NCBI RefSeq assembly: GCF_018977255.1
Contig: NW_024704745.1
Span: forward strand, 22,568,001 to 22,632,000
DNA: 64,000 nucleotides
Direction: 5' to 3'
From: Callorhinchus milii
Taxonomy: Eukaryota
Shown one piece after another: positions 50,024-61,500 of the stretch; positions within the stretch are counted from its first letter, which is position 1; the number at the start of each line of letters is the position of its first letter. A model generated the notes under the pieces. That model saw only the letters and a program-made list of their open reading frames with translations, had not been told where the DNA came from and did no database searches. Both the position numbers and the translations under genes were made by a program.

Positions 50024-50700
50024 GCAACAACAACAACACAATTACATTTATAGAGCGCCTTTCACGTCGGAAGGACGTCCCAAAGCACTGAACAGTCATG
50101 TGTCGGGGTCCGAGCATGGGGAGGGGTGGTGTAGGGGTGAGGGAAGGCAGAGAGGTGGGAGGGGGACCAAAAGCACGGTCGAAGAGAAGGGTCTTGAGAC
50201 CGACCTTGAAGGAGGCAAGGGAGGAAGCAAGGCAAAGGGACCATGAAATGGAGTTCCAGCATGTGGGGGCAGAGAGGCTGAAAGCCCGGCCGCCGATGCT
50301 AGGGCGAGTCGGGCGGGAGACATGGAGAAGGCCGGAGTCCGCTGAACGGAGGGAGCAGGCAGGTTGGTAGGGAGTCAGCAGGTCAGAAAGATAGGAGGGG
50401 GCAAGGCCATGGATGGCCTTAAAGGTGAGGACGAGGATCTTGAACTCGATTCTCTGAGGGATGGGGAACCAGTGGAGTCATGCGAGGGTGGGAGTGATAG
50501 GGTCACGGAGCCTGGTGCGCGAGAGTACACAAGCTGCAGAGCTTTGGATGATCTGCAGTTTGTGAAGGGAAGAGTCGGGAAGGCTGATGAGGAGGGAGTT
50601 CCCGTAATCAAGCCTTGAGGTGACGAATGCATGGGTGAGGGTTTCGGCAGCCTGAGGGGTGAGGCAGTGGCGGACACTGGCAATGTTGCGGAGGTGGTGG
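50024..50700 (-). mobile_element. Young L2 3' fragment inserted into the older L2
   Basis: Has a (CAA)n tail, tagagcgcctttcacgtcggaaggacgtcccaaagc, and a CpG-retaining ORF2 C-terminus. Confidence 0.9.
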
Positions 50701-52251
50701 TGAAAGGCTCTCTATAAATGTAAGTTTGTTGTTCTTATTTCATAATTCTAATAAGGTTTAAATTATTTTTAAAAATATGCAGCCAGTAGTTAAACTTTAA
50801 ACCAGTTTCCTTACATTTTCTTGACTTTATTGCTCGACCGGTCAACCATTTAATGTAAACGGAAATGATTGAAATCCAAAGTTCAAAATCCATACTAGAT
50901 AACATATTTATGCATGTACTTCAAAACCTGCACTTCCTGCAGTCATAGCATGTGTGAACACAGACATATCTGTGCAAATGATCATGTCAGCACATCTTGT
51001 ACTTACATCTGTAACTTTCAGATTTATATGCATAAAAACAGTGTTTGTTGATGATTTGTTTAAAAAAACAATGCACAGTACAAAGTCGAAAGTCATTAAA
51101 TGACTGAGTTATAGATCTAACTGCTAGACAGTTCCATCATTCAATACAATATTCCTCACACTGCAAGTACAACTCTGTTTTTCGGCACAAACAGAACAAA
51201 ACTGTGAATAAACTGAAAGCATTTATGATGTGCATCAATAATTAACCTAAAAAGCTGAATATGAATTTTATATTGAAGTGCTGACTATATGCAGCTCATC
51301 CAGTTTATTAAACATTAGATGTATAACAATGTAGAAAGGAAACTACAATTATGCAAATACAAAACACCAAAAAAGGCAGCAGAACTCCAAAATAATGATC
51401 TGCAATGCGTCGCTATATTGTTCATCGGGTAGATAGGTTACAGACCCAGATGTGTATTACCTCTATGTACCACTTCCCTCCTCTCTCCCGACCCACACGT
51501 CAATCAAGCAATACATTACTGTGAAGTAGACTTGCGCTCTGCACCCCATGACATCTCACAAACCCGGAGGTGCTAACTGCCCGGTAGCTGTTTTGTGTTT
51601 TTGCTTATAACAGGTTGAAATTTTTAGGATCCCATGAATTCTTTTAAAACAGGGCACCCTCATACTGTATAAATATGCAGCACATTTCTCTCATTACATT
51701 CAAGTATTTTGGAATGTGTAATCAAGGTCAAACATCCTTATTTTTGAGTTCTATTCATGTGACTTACCTTGCTTATGGCAAATGGCAGCTAAACAAATGT
51801 GGTGGGTGGTGGGGGGGAAGGAAAAGAACAATTTGTCTCACTATAATTAAGTAAGTTTAACCAAACTTGAACCATCAAAACACTGAATTATTTCAATCAC
51901 TGATGGTGCAGTAACACCACTGGTGCATGATATGATACCGGTACCTGTTTGGAGCTGTTCTAACTGACAACTTTATCATCTCCTCAGATCATTCTCTATT
52001 TTGAAAAGGAGAGATCCCTGTGTGTTTACTTACATATGCAGGCAGAGTCCTGATCACGGGCCTCCAATTGCTGGTACTATTAAAAAAGCCAATCCAGGTC
52101 TTTTTTATCATTAGAAGCTTCAAGGAGACGCAGTATACTGTGAGCTCTGATTCAACTCAGAAAGAGTTGCCTTTGCTCCAGTTGCAGTTGCGAGCTGTAG
52201 AGAGAAATTCTATCTGGCCCTCGACTTACTCTATTAGCTTACCATTTCAAA

Positions 52252-52386
52252 AGTGCAGAATTTGGCAAATTCTTAAATTCAGTCTTAATTTTCAAGCAAG
52301 TTTTCTTTATGTTTTTTTTATGATCTATGGAAAACAGTCTGCAAAATTAAGACCGAATTTAAGAATTTGCCAAATTCTTAGCACTG
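52252..52386. repeat. Palindromic hairpin element (MITE-like)
   Basis: AGAATTTGGCAAATTCTTAAATTCAGTCTTAATTTT (52257-52292) matches its inverted copy ending at 52378 at 35/36 positions. Confidence 0.85.
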
Positions 52387-55300
52387 TGGGACATCCACCC
52401 GACTTATAAATGTAAATTTGTAATGTAGTGAATTGTAAATTCAGCAGACTTTTAAATGCTCGGAAGAGAGTGCTTGTCAAGAACCAGATAGAATTACTCC
52501 TCCTAGATGTATACTACTTTCAGCACCCTCTTGTACATCCAACACAAAACAGCAAAGCACTAAGCATACGACAGAGCTACACCACTCATTGCATTGTTGT
52601 GACAGAAAGATGGCTTCATGAGATTCTTCAGATGAAGAAATTCCTTCGGCCCATTACCCTTTCAGAATATCTACACTACCGTCTTCCCATTATGGATTCA
52701 ACCTGTTTTTTTAAAAAAAACAAGTTCAGCAACCCAGTCTCAACCACCCTTCATGGTAACCTGTTCCAGGTGTAATTATTCTCTGGGTTAAAAAAAATAC
52801 TTTCTGGTGTCTGTTCTGAAATTGCCCATTGCCACCCTAAACCATGTCCTCTTGTTCTACTGTCTTGGTGCAACCAGAAAAATAGGACGCAGTAGGACCC
52901 ACATTCAAATTTGGAAAGTAAAATTGATCATATCCACCATTGCGCATTTGGTGTCCGACTCATGAACCCCTCAAACAATATTGGACAAGATAAAATGGAA
53001 CTTTATGAGCAGCAGTCACAGTAGTAACTCCCTCTTGTTAGCAAAACAATTCATAGCACAAAAATATTTTTGGTAGGTTTTGAGGAATAAACTGTGAATT
53101 CAGAGCTGCATCCAAAACACACAGACATTTCAGCCAACTACATTGAAGGGAAGCAGGTGGTCTCTACTTGCATTGGGGCGGAGAGGGGGTGAGAAGAAGT
53201 GAATACCACTCAACTTTTTGCATGAGACAGTAAGTCAATTGAGAATTGAATGCAGACTTACATTAAAATAAAAAAGTTGTACACGTAAACAATCAAGCAC
53301 TTCAGATAAAGTGCAATATAAAATAACAATTCAAGTTCAAATTTATATAGTGCCTTTCACGTCAAGAGGATTTCCCAAAGTGCTAACAGAAGTATTCAGC
53401 TGAAATAAAATGATTTGTATTGATGAGGCTTGTTCTGTATTTGAGATGGAAGGAACCAGGTATGGTTAAAAGATTTGTTTGGATATGAACAAACACACAA
53501 CATTCATCCTTCATGCAACATCTATGTTTCTTAAAATTAGATAGTGTTCATTCATTCTGTAGCCAAATCACTTACACAATATTACAAGCTATAAAATAGA
53601 TTATTAATTTCCCTACAATTGGTCAAATATTCAATTATAGAGGTATGGATAAAGAGAATGTCTACACCTTAAACCTCTGAAACTCCCTTCCTATTAATCT
53701 TCAAGTTCCACAATAATATAACAACTTGCATTTATTAAAACCTACTTCTTTACCACACCTATGGTCACCTCTTCCTTATCCCTGCAATATCTGCTTCGGT
53801 CATGGCAAAACACTTCAAGATGTTACCTTACGTGAAGAGTGTTATATAAATGTAAGTTGCTGTTGTTAACACAAAGTGACACTCAAAGTCAAAGAGCATA
53901 AATAAAACAAGCTCAATTCCTCCTGATCACAGCTTTTCCAAACCCATCGATATTGTTATGAGTAGCTGTTAATTAAGGGGTAAATATTTCCCAGAGGGGA
54001 AAGGGAAAATCTGGAAGGATTATCCCTAAACTGCTCATATGATAATCGTCAGATCAAAACAGAATCAGCAACGACATCCATCTGCTCAACCCCGAGGGAA
54101 ACAAAACAAACCCCAAACCGTAACTTGTTTATTTGTGGCTTATCGACGACATACCAAGTGAATCTGAACCCATCCTTGCATATTACACAACAAACACTTG
54201 CATTAATTTAGTGTCCTTCGTGTAGGGTAACGGCAGAGCATTTCACAGGATTGGACATTGAGTATAGGGGGGGAGAAGGAGTTGGCTATAGGCGTACAAT
54301 GAGTTAGGATTTAAGGCAGAACCTAAAGACAGAAAGAGGGGACAAGACAGAGGCGTATCACAGGACTGAATAATCTACTGGATCTCATGTCTCAAAATCT
54401 ACAATAATTGAAGCACACAGATGGTTTACTTTTTAAAAAGAGAGGCATTGAGACTGATTTTATAATATTAGCAAATCAGTAAGAATTAGTGGATTATTTT
54501 CATTTCATAAACACTGAGCAGGAGCCAAATCCTGTATGTTACCAGTTTAATCTTTTCGAATCCCGAAACAGCAATTTACACATCACTGCAGTAGAAGAAG
54601 AGTGGTGGCACCAGTGTCACTAATTATTGGTGCAATCAATATTTCGGAATGAGTAAAAGAGATTCTAATAATTCAACTTTCTACTCTCGTTCAGAAGAGC
54701 TAAGACATCAGTGTATCTTATTTACTTTGTGCTTGTGGTTTTGCTCCACTGGGTTACAATACCTTACCCTGTCATGAAGGAATATAATAGCCCCAAACAA
54801 AGTAATTGTATCATAACATCTGTCCAAGAATAGTTGGTTTTCAAGCTTCTGTGAGCTAACCGAGGTGCTGGTTATAATTAAGCATTAAAATCAATAGAAA
54901 AATAACTATTCCACAGTACGTGGGCACATCCGATTTGGCACAGACAAAAAAACAAGTTAATCTGCAAACACGAAACAAGGTTCTTTCATTAGTTTTCTTC
55001 TTGAAGAAGAATTGTAAGCTGACAAACCCACTGAAGGTAAGCTGTCGTTTATAACTAGACTTATCGAGAGTAACTCTGTTAGCAAAAGCACACTATTAAA
55101 AACAGTTGGGAGGGCATTTCCTCCTCCAATCCTTTGCTCTGGTGACATCAAAAAATCCCCAATAATTTTTTTTTAAAAAAAAGGTCACGAGTAGGAGTAG
55201 TGTGAAACTATGTTTGGGTGCGGAAACACACAGCAGCGCTCTTCATTTGCGTACCACGAGTTTTTAACCAAATCACCTCTCAACAGAGTCGACCTTTCAC

Positions 55301-55468
55301 AGAATCCGGTGTCACTGTAACCGATAACGAGAGAGCACATCTCTTGCACTTTCAATTCATCCTTTTAAGTTTCATGGCGACACCTGTGATTGTCTTATTA
55401 CTGAAAATGGAGATTATTAAACCATTTAAATGCTGCATTCTTGGGAGGTAAAGTACACCCAAGTTTTA

Positions 55469-55956
55469 ACACACACACACACACACACACACACATGAGA
55501 ATTTGATCCAAACCCTTGTCCTATCTATTCAGAGCTGATGTTTTATTGAAGAAGGTAATCGGAACCAATACTCCTGCAAATGATACTATGTAACACTACA
55601 GTGTTACCCACAGTAACACTGTATTGTCAAATGGCACTCAGTCTAAAAACATACTTTGCTCCCAACAGAGAGATCAGATTACCGCAACCACCAAAGGTAG
55701 AAGCCATTCAAATATAAAATTGTGTGTGCGCTAAGAATATGAAATGCCCACCGACGTTCAAAGTTATCACCAACACATTAGCGCCGTTGTGCAAACCAGA
55801 TCAACCTTCGTTAAAAGATCGAGAGAAACGTGCTGGAGAACATGGAGCACAGGTCCGGGTCCGGGGCAGCGCTTTGCACCATTTAATCTCCAGGAAAGGT
55901 CACCTGTAAAGTGATGATGGGATTGAGATTCAAACACACACACACACACACACACA
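55469..55956. repeat. Two (CA)n microsatellites (55469-55495 and 55934-55956) just inside intron 1
   Basis: Directly visible. Confidence 0.95.
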
Positions 55957-55983
55957 GAGCTTTGGGTCCGGTTCAGTACTCAC

Positions 55984-56022
55984 CCAACGCCTGATGGTAT
56001 CTCGCAGTGAACCGCAGTCCAT
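55984..56022 (-). CDS. ATP11A: ATP11A coding exon 1 (MDCGSLRDTIRRW)
   Basis: The reverse complement reads gagATGGACTGCGGTTCACTGCGAGATACCATCAGGCGTTGG|gtgagt: 39 nt, phase 0, with a consensus donor. It matches the 13-codon first exon of vertebrate ATP11A (MDCSLVRTLVHRY-like) and splices in frame to exon 2. Confidence 0.88.
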
Positions 56023-56412
56023 CTCCTCCTCCTCCTCCTCCTCCACCACCACCACCAGAGCCCTTTCTGTGGCTTCACCGAAGGGGCTCCACTAAGTTCA
56101 TGGCTGGTGCTCCGGCCGCCTGTCTGTGTCTGTCTGTCTGTCTGTCTGTCTGTCTGCCTGTGGGTCCCAGGCGCTCGCTTAGCTGTAGCTTCTCTTCTCC
56201 TACTGCCAGTCCCCCCCTCCTTCCTTCCTTCCTTCCTTCCTTCCTCCCTTCTCTCCCTCTCTCTCTCTTTACTCTCTCCTCTCAGCTCCTCCAGATGACC
56301 CTAACAGGGCGCATTGAGTGCGTTGCTGCTGCTGCTGCTGCTGCTGGTGGTGGAGGTGGTGGTGGAGGTCTGGCAGAGGCTGTGTGTGTCTGTGTGTGTG
56401 TGTGTGTGTGTG
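56023..56412. repeat. Microsatellite mosaic in the ATP11A 5' UTR/promoter: (CTC)7(CAC)4, (TGTC)n, (CCTT)n/(CT)n, (GCT)n(GGT)n, (GT)n
   Basis: Directly visible tandem repeats immediately upstream of the ATG. Confidence 0.95.
56075..56101 (-). promoter_or_regulatory. Upstream ORF (MNLVEPLR*) in the ATP11A 5' leader
   Basis: Reads gccATGAACTTAGTGGAGCCCCTTCGGTGA, with a purine at -3, and ends 52 nt before the main ATG. It is only a uORF if the transcription start site lies upstream, which is inferred. Confidence 0.6.
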
Positions 56413-57653
56413 CACTCGTCTCTCTGCTCGTTGCTATGTTGCACTTTGTTTCTCCAGTTCCAGCGACTGAGGCTCAGCTCCTTCCCTGAGAATCTGATCC
56501 CACCCACGTAAAGAGGGAGTGTGAGCCTGCGCACTGGCTCACCAATGCCAAGCTCCCACACGCACTCCCATGGCCGGGAGAGGGCTGGCCATTTGCAGAC
56601 GGAGATGTTGCTCCACGTCTTCAAGATCACCGGGGTCTTTCTTTCAAATGCACGTCTTTATCATGTCCCAATCTCACTGGTGTACAACAACAAAAAAACC
56701 TGCTCTCTCTGCAGACATTGGACCCCAGGGGTCGAGGGGCTCAGATCCTCAGGTGGTACACATTTTACCACGTTAAAAAAAAAGGAGGGGGGTGGGGGGG
56801 TTGGTTGTGCTGTGGAGTCAGTCGTAAAGCTTGTGTGGCTACATTTCCTCTGGGTCGTTGCTCTGCACTCACAGCAATACCAATCCACAGGGGTGAACGT
56901 TAATAATAATGTTAATAATACCCACAGAAATCCTCACCACTATTCTCTTGCATTCGGTTCTCCCTCCACACCCCCCACTCTCCTCCACCCCCCATGTGGG
57001 TTTTTTTATTCTTTAACAAATAATCAATTCCCCCAAAAATAAACAGTTGCATCCAAAGGGAAAACAAAAACGTTGTTGCAAACGAATTTGTTTTCACAAC
57101 AGGAGGTGTTTTCATCTCTACGTAAAGGGATACAGATGTATTAGTGTATTTTTTTAAACAAAACAGTATCATTTTGCGTGGCTACCTTCCTAGATGTTAG
57201 CACAGGGGGGAAAAAAACATGTTTTTTGCACTAATAACATCCAAAATGTACTACCCGGAAACCTTACTTTTAACGTGGTGGAATATACAGTAAATTTATA
57301 AGTACTGTGTCTCCGGAAGGGGGCAAAACTGGAGTGTTAGTGCTGAAAACTAGAGGGTTAGTGCAAAGCTCAGAGATGCTATCCTGCGCGAAGGACACAA
57401 TATAAATGCAAGTTGTTATTTTTGTTGAAAAGCGAATTTAAATCAAAAGCAGTTTTTCCCTTTAACCTGACCCATTTCCTTCCTGGCCCCACTATCCAAT
57501 CCACAGTATAGCTGGTGAGCGAGAATGTCTCTGTGATTTTGATGGGGCAAAAGCCCACTCATCACTGAGGGGTGAGCCTTCCCAGGGCTTGTCTGATTCT
57601 ATAACATTGGGGTATCTACATCCCTGGAGTCCTGAGAAGCCTTTCACCTTATA

Positions 57654-57760
57654 CGGGGTGACCGAAAAGTCGTGGTACCATTACAATGTCTAATAAATCT
57701 TAAAGAAATTATGATTTTGTTTAGATAATACGGTAGCTATCACGACTTTTGGTCACCCTG
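57654..57760. mobile_element. Tc1/mariner-type MITE (107 bp)
   Basis: The terminal inverted repeats are CGGGGTGACCGAAAAGTCGTGGTA and TATCACGACTTTTGGTCACCCTG. TA flanks both sides (57652-53 and 57761-62) and the interior is AT-rich. Confidence 0.8.
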
Positions 57761-58234
57761 TATAAAGTGTCTTTACCCCAAGTTTGTAATTGTATTAAAC
57801 TCTGAACAGTTTGAAGTGGAAATGAATCTTCTGAAACAGAATTTGCAAAATGCCTTAAACTCTTTATAATTTATTAACAATAGTCGGAAGTTGACAAACC
57901 GCAATTATGAACATTGAAACTTAGATATGAAATTCACAGAATAATTATTGCCTATAAGGGTTGTAGTAATGCAGAGGAGGCTTGCTGATTTAGGTGTTGC
58001 ACATATGTTTTAGGGAGGGCCCTGGTATAATTTGTATATCTTTTCCTATGTTTTGCCAGTCTTCTGGATCAAAGCACAGGCAGACTTCAGTGGTTCGACA
58101 TGAAAACTCCTATTAGATAAGAAGATGGCTTTATTGTACAATGTAACACAATGATAGTTGACATATGTTACATCCTTTTGTGTCTGAAGGATGTCTCAGA
58201 ACATTGTTGTTGTTACACAACTGACTAGGTTCAA

Positions 58235-58560
58235 CATAATAATCCTTGCATTTGATATAGCGCTTTTCACGTCGGGAGGACGTCCCACAGAACACAGGCG
58301 CTTCACAGAACACACTGTAAAGTGAATTGACTGTATATTTGTGGGCGAACGCGGCAGCCAATTGCGCACAGCAATGTCCCACAAACAGTCGTAGATTGAA
58401 AATGACCAATTTATTATTGTTTTCTGTTTTTGGAGGGATTATTATTAGACGTGTGGAGTAAGGAAACTTGCCCAAGGTTTCGCCCTGACCTGCCTGGAAT
58501 TGAACTCAGGTCTCTCGCTTGCAAAGCGAGTGCTCTAACCACTGCGCTACAGGACTCCAC
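58235..58560 (-). mobile_element. Young tRNA-derived SINE, short form
   Basis: Nearly identical to 38583-38909, apart from small local insertions (acagaacac, gacc). Confidence 0.92.
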
Positions 58561-61500
58561 GAGTCCACATAGGGAGGTAACTCAGCAGGCAAGGGGAGAA
58601 ATAGCTGAGATAGGTTTTAAGGACATTCCAAAGACAACACTACATCTATGAAGCTCCAAGTGGTCCCCAAGGCATAATTTCTTCTGGAAAGTTGGGTTGT
58701 TGTGGAACATAAACTTTGTTTGGCTAGACAGATGGAATTGATTTCTTTCATCTGTATGGCATGCCTTTCTTGCTCACTCTCACAATTCTCACCAATGGTG
58801 TGCTGCTCAGAATCATTCCTTACCACCCATTTGAAGGAAGATGCAATATTTGGTGTTGGAATCTTGAAGTTGTCTGCTTCTCCTGACCAAACAGTTAGCA
58901 CAGGCTTCAGAACTTTGAACAACTGGTGAGAGACAACTCGAAATGTTCTCCTTATCTCATTGTAACTTTGAGATTATTCCCATGAATTTATGCGGTATGG
59001 TGTCTAGGTTTTGATTTTTTGCCTGGACTTCATAATGGCAGTATTCAGACATAATTCTCAGAGAGTAATTATATAGATTTAGATGCAGAACAATAGGCTG
59101 CTTTTCTTTACAGGCTGATCATTTCCAGGGAGTAGCTTGGAATTTGTTAAATCTGAATCAGTTACTTTGAACAGCAATCCATTTCAGACAGCACCCAAGG
59201 ACACTTTAGGGAGCAGGAATGCATTTGAAATTGACAATGAAGGCATTGGGGAAGCTGAAATGACATCAGTCTCTTAAAAATGTGGCCTAAGAGGTCAACG
59301 CTGCAATAAATAGAACTGACGTGTTCACTACTCTTGGCACATAAACCATCCTCTTTGAGTTAAGCAACATATATTGGCATCTCAAGGTAATTCAAAAAAT
59401 TGATAGCTTCCATACCATCCCCTAATTAGTATGTAACCTCGACATAAAATGAGATTTACCAGATGTGAACTTGTGCAGAATTATGTTGCAGATGGCACAA
59501 ATTTATGGGAAGGTGGACACCTTAATATTTTTAATTAATAATCCATGCGACCAATTGTAATTGCTTGCAAAAAGAACACGTTGTCATTTTTAGTTTCACT
59601 ATATGTACCCAGGCTTACAGCACAAAATGTACCTGTAAAAATGTGTTAAATATAATAAAGTATGGATTTTTTGAATCACTTTATGAGGAATAGTTTTTGG
59701 GTGTCTCATGTGTACAATTAGTGCTTTGTAAAATGGTGCTGATCTCTTTTTACTCCAAAAAATAACCTTCAGAATTTACCATATACATAAAAATAGTCCT
59801 ATTTTAAGTACTCCACAAATTACACCACACATCTTAATTAACAGCCATGGTGTATATAATTTCAGGCCTACTGTAATCTTGGAATCACAGTTCTTCCACA
59901 GCAAGAGTTCAGGACATAATCAGTTATTTTGATTGAAAGTGATGGACTCTCACTATCATTGCTCAGGGTCTATTTAAATTGTGAGATGATGGGCTCTGCC
60001 TGTTTATAATATCAATCGAATTTTGAGTATAGAACTTAATATCCCTTCCATGAATTTAACCATATTTCAGCATTTGACTTCATCAGAAATCCCGAAGATT
60101 CTCAGGTTGTTACATCTGCCTCTACTGTGAAAAATACTCCTATTTAATCACCACAGGGTTTGTTCTTTTTTATTAAATTATAAGACCTGCTATTCCAGTA
60201 ATGTATCTACTACTTTTTTTTGCCATTCTTTTGTTTGCACCAGTCATTGTTTGAAGTGCTTCATAGAGTGTTGCCATGCCTTTATATCTCTCTTGCTTTT
60301 TCATGGAGTTTTCTGTGTTGTAGGAGGGCAACTTGAGAGTAGATTTAGAGTCTTAGGTCCTTTTTGGCTTGCAGGATTAACAGGAGCTGAGTGGGATGAC
60401 CCCCTGCCCCCAGTGACTGGTCTGCCCTTTCAGCTCCTGCCAATGAGCCAGGCAGGCTGTGCTGTCATCAGCAGTGCCCGGAATACTGCGGACCTGCCTG
60501 GCTCAGGAATCGGACTACTGAGACCACCACGGAGAACTGGCCCAATTCCGACATTCTATTGCCAAGCATGTCACCTTAGAGCCAGTTCAACTCCAAGGAG
60601 CTTACCTCCGCCCTAACGGGTAGGATGGTCGTAGCTGCGGAAAAGCTTGCCGGACAGGTTTTATGAGATCTTAGCTGGTTAGACTCCAGCAGTTACCCCA
60701 ACGCACAAGGACTGGCTCTTGCCAACCTGCGCCTAATACTTTCCGGAACTAGGTAAGCAGGATGCATCCCTTCAGGGAGAGAGTGGGCATTCCATTGCAA
60801 CAATCTATCTCTGGGATCTCCATATGTAGGTGGGATGCAGGAAAACCTCAGCTTGGTTTGGATACTTTTAAGCATGGTGATGGGTTTCCGCATTTACCAG
60901 ACACCCGACTGACCAAAAAAAAAGGTCCTCTTTCAGTTTGATCAGGAGATCTTTGAGCTCTGTCAAAATATGGTTGTGACACTCTTGAGATTGTTGCAGG
61001 CTCACTATTAAGAGGGGCTTTACCTTCAAAGGTGAAGTATCCTGCCCTGCTAGAGGCAGCACATGAGGACAATATCAAATGTCCTGGACATCTGACCCTG
61101 TGAAGGCTTTCTGCCTGGGAACTCTGTCTTATACTCCTGCTATAGACTGTGATAAAGAGCATTGTTACACAGAGTTACCTAAAAGTTTATCCATATAACC
61201 TCCTCTGTATTTTTGCCCACAAAATATAGTCAATTCACTTTACAGTATATTGTAATGAAACGCTTTGAGATGTCTTGAAGATGTGATAAGGCGCAATATC
61301 AAATGCAAGTATTATTATTATTATTACCTTCCGTAGGCCATTTTGCAATAAGATATAAAGCTCTGGCTATATGAGCATGCTTTCATGAACATGGACTCTA
61401 AAAAGCTTCAGTTTCCTCATCAGCTATTCAATAGCCTTAAGTCTATATGTCATCCATCTTGATGTTCTAGTGATAAAAAAATGGGAGTACAATAAGGCAG

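Larger units (their letters stand above)
6699..55983 (-). other. ATP11A: ATP11A intron 1 (about 49.3 kb, repeat-rich)
   Basis: Bounded by the GT donor of exon 1 and the AG acceptor of exon 2. No other ATP11A-like coding sequence was recognised inside it. Confidence 0.85.

Noticed and set aside
50809-50849. Possible alternative first exon (ATGGTTGACCGG...|gtaagg on the minus strand)
   Set aside because: ATG to donor is 35 nt (phase 2), which is incompatible with phase-0 exon 2, and there is no promoter-like context.
56007-57042. Several 60-173 aa ORFs with poly-P, poly-A, poly-G and VCVC runs
   Set aside because: They are produced by stop-free microsatellites in the ATP11A leader and promoter and contain no recognisable domain.
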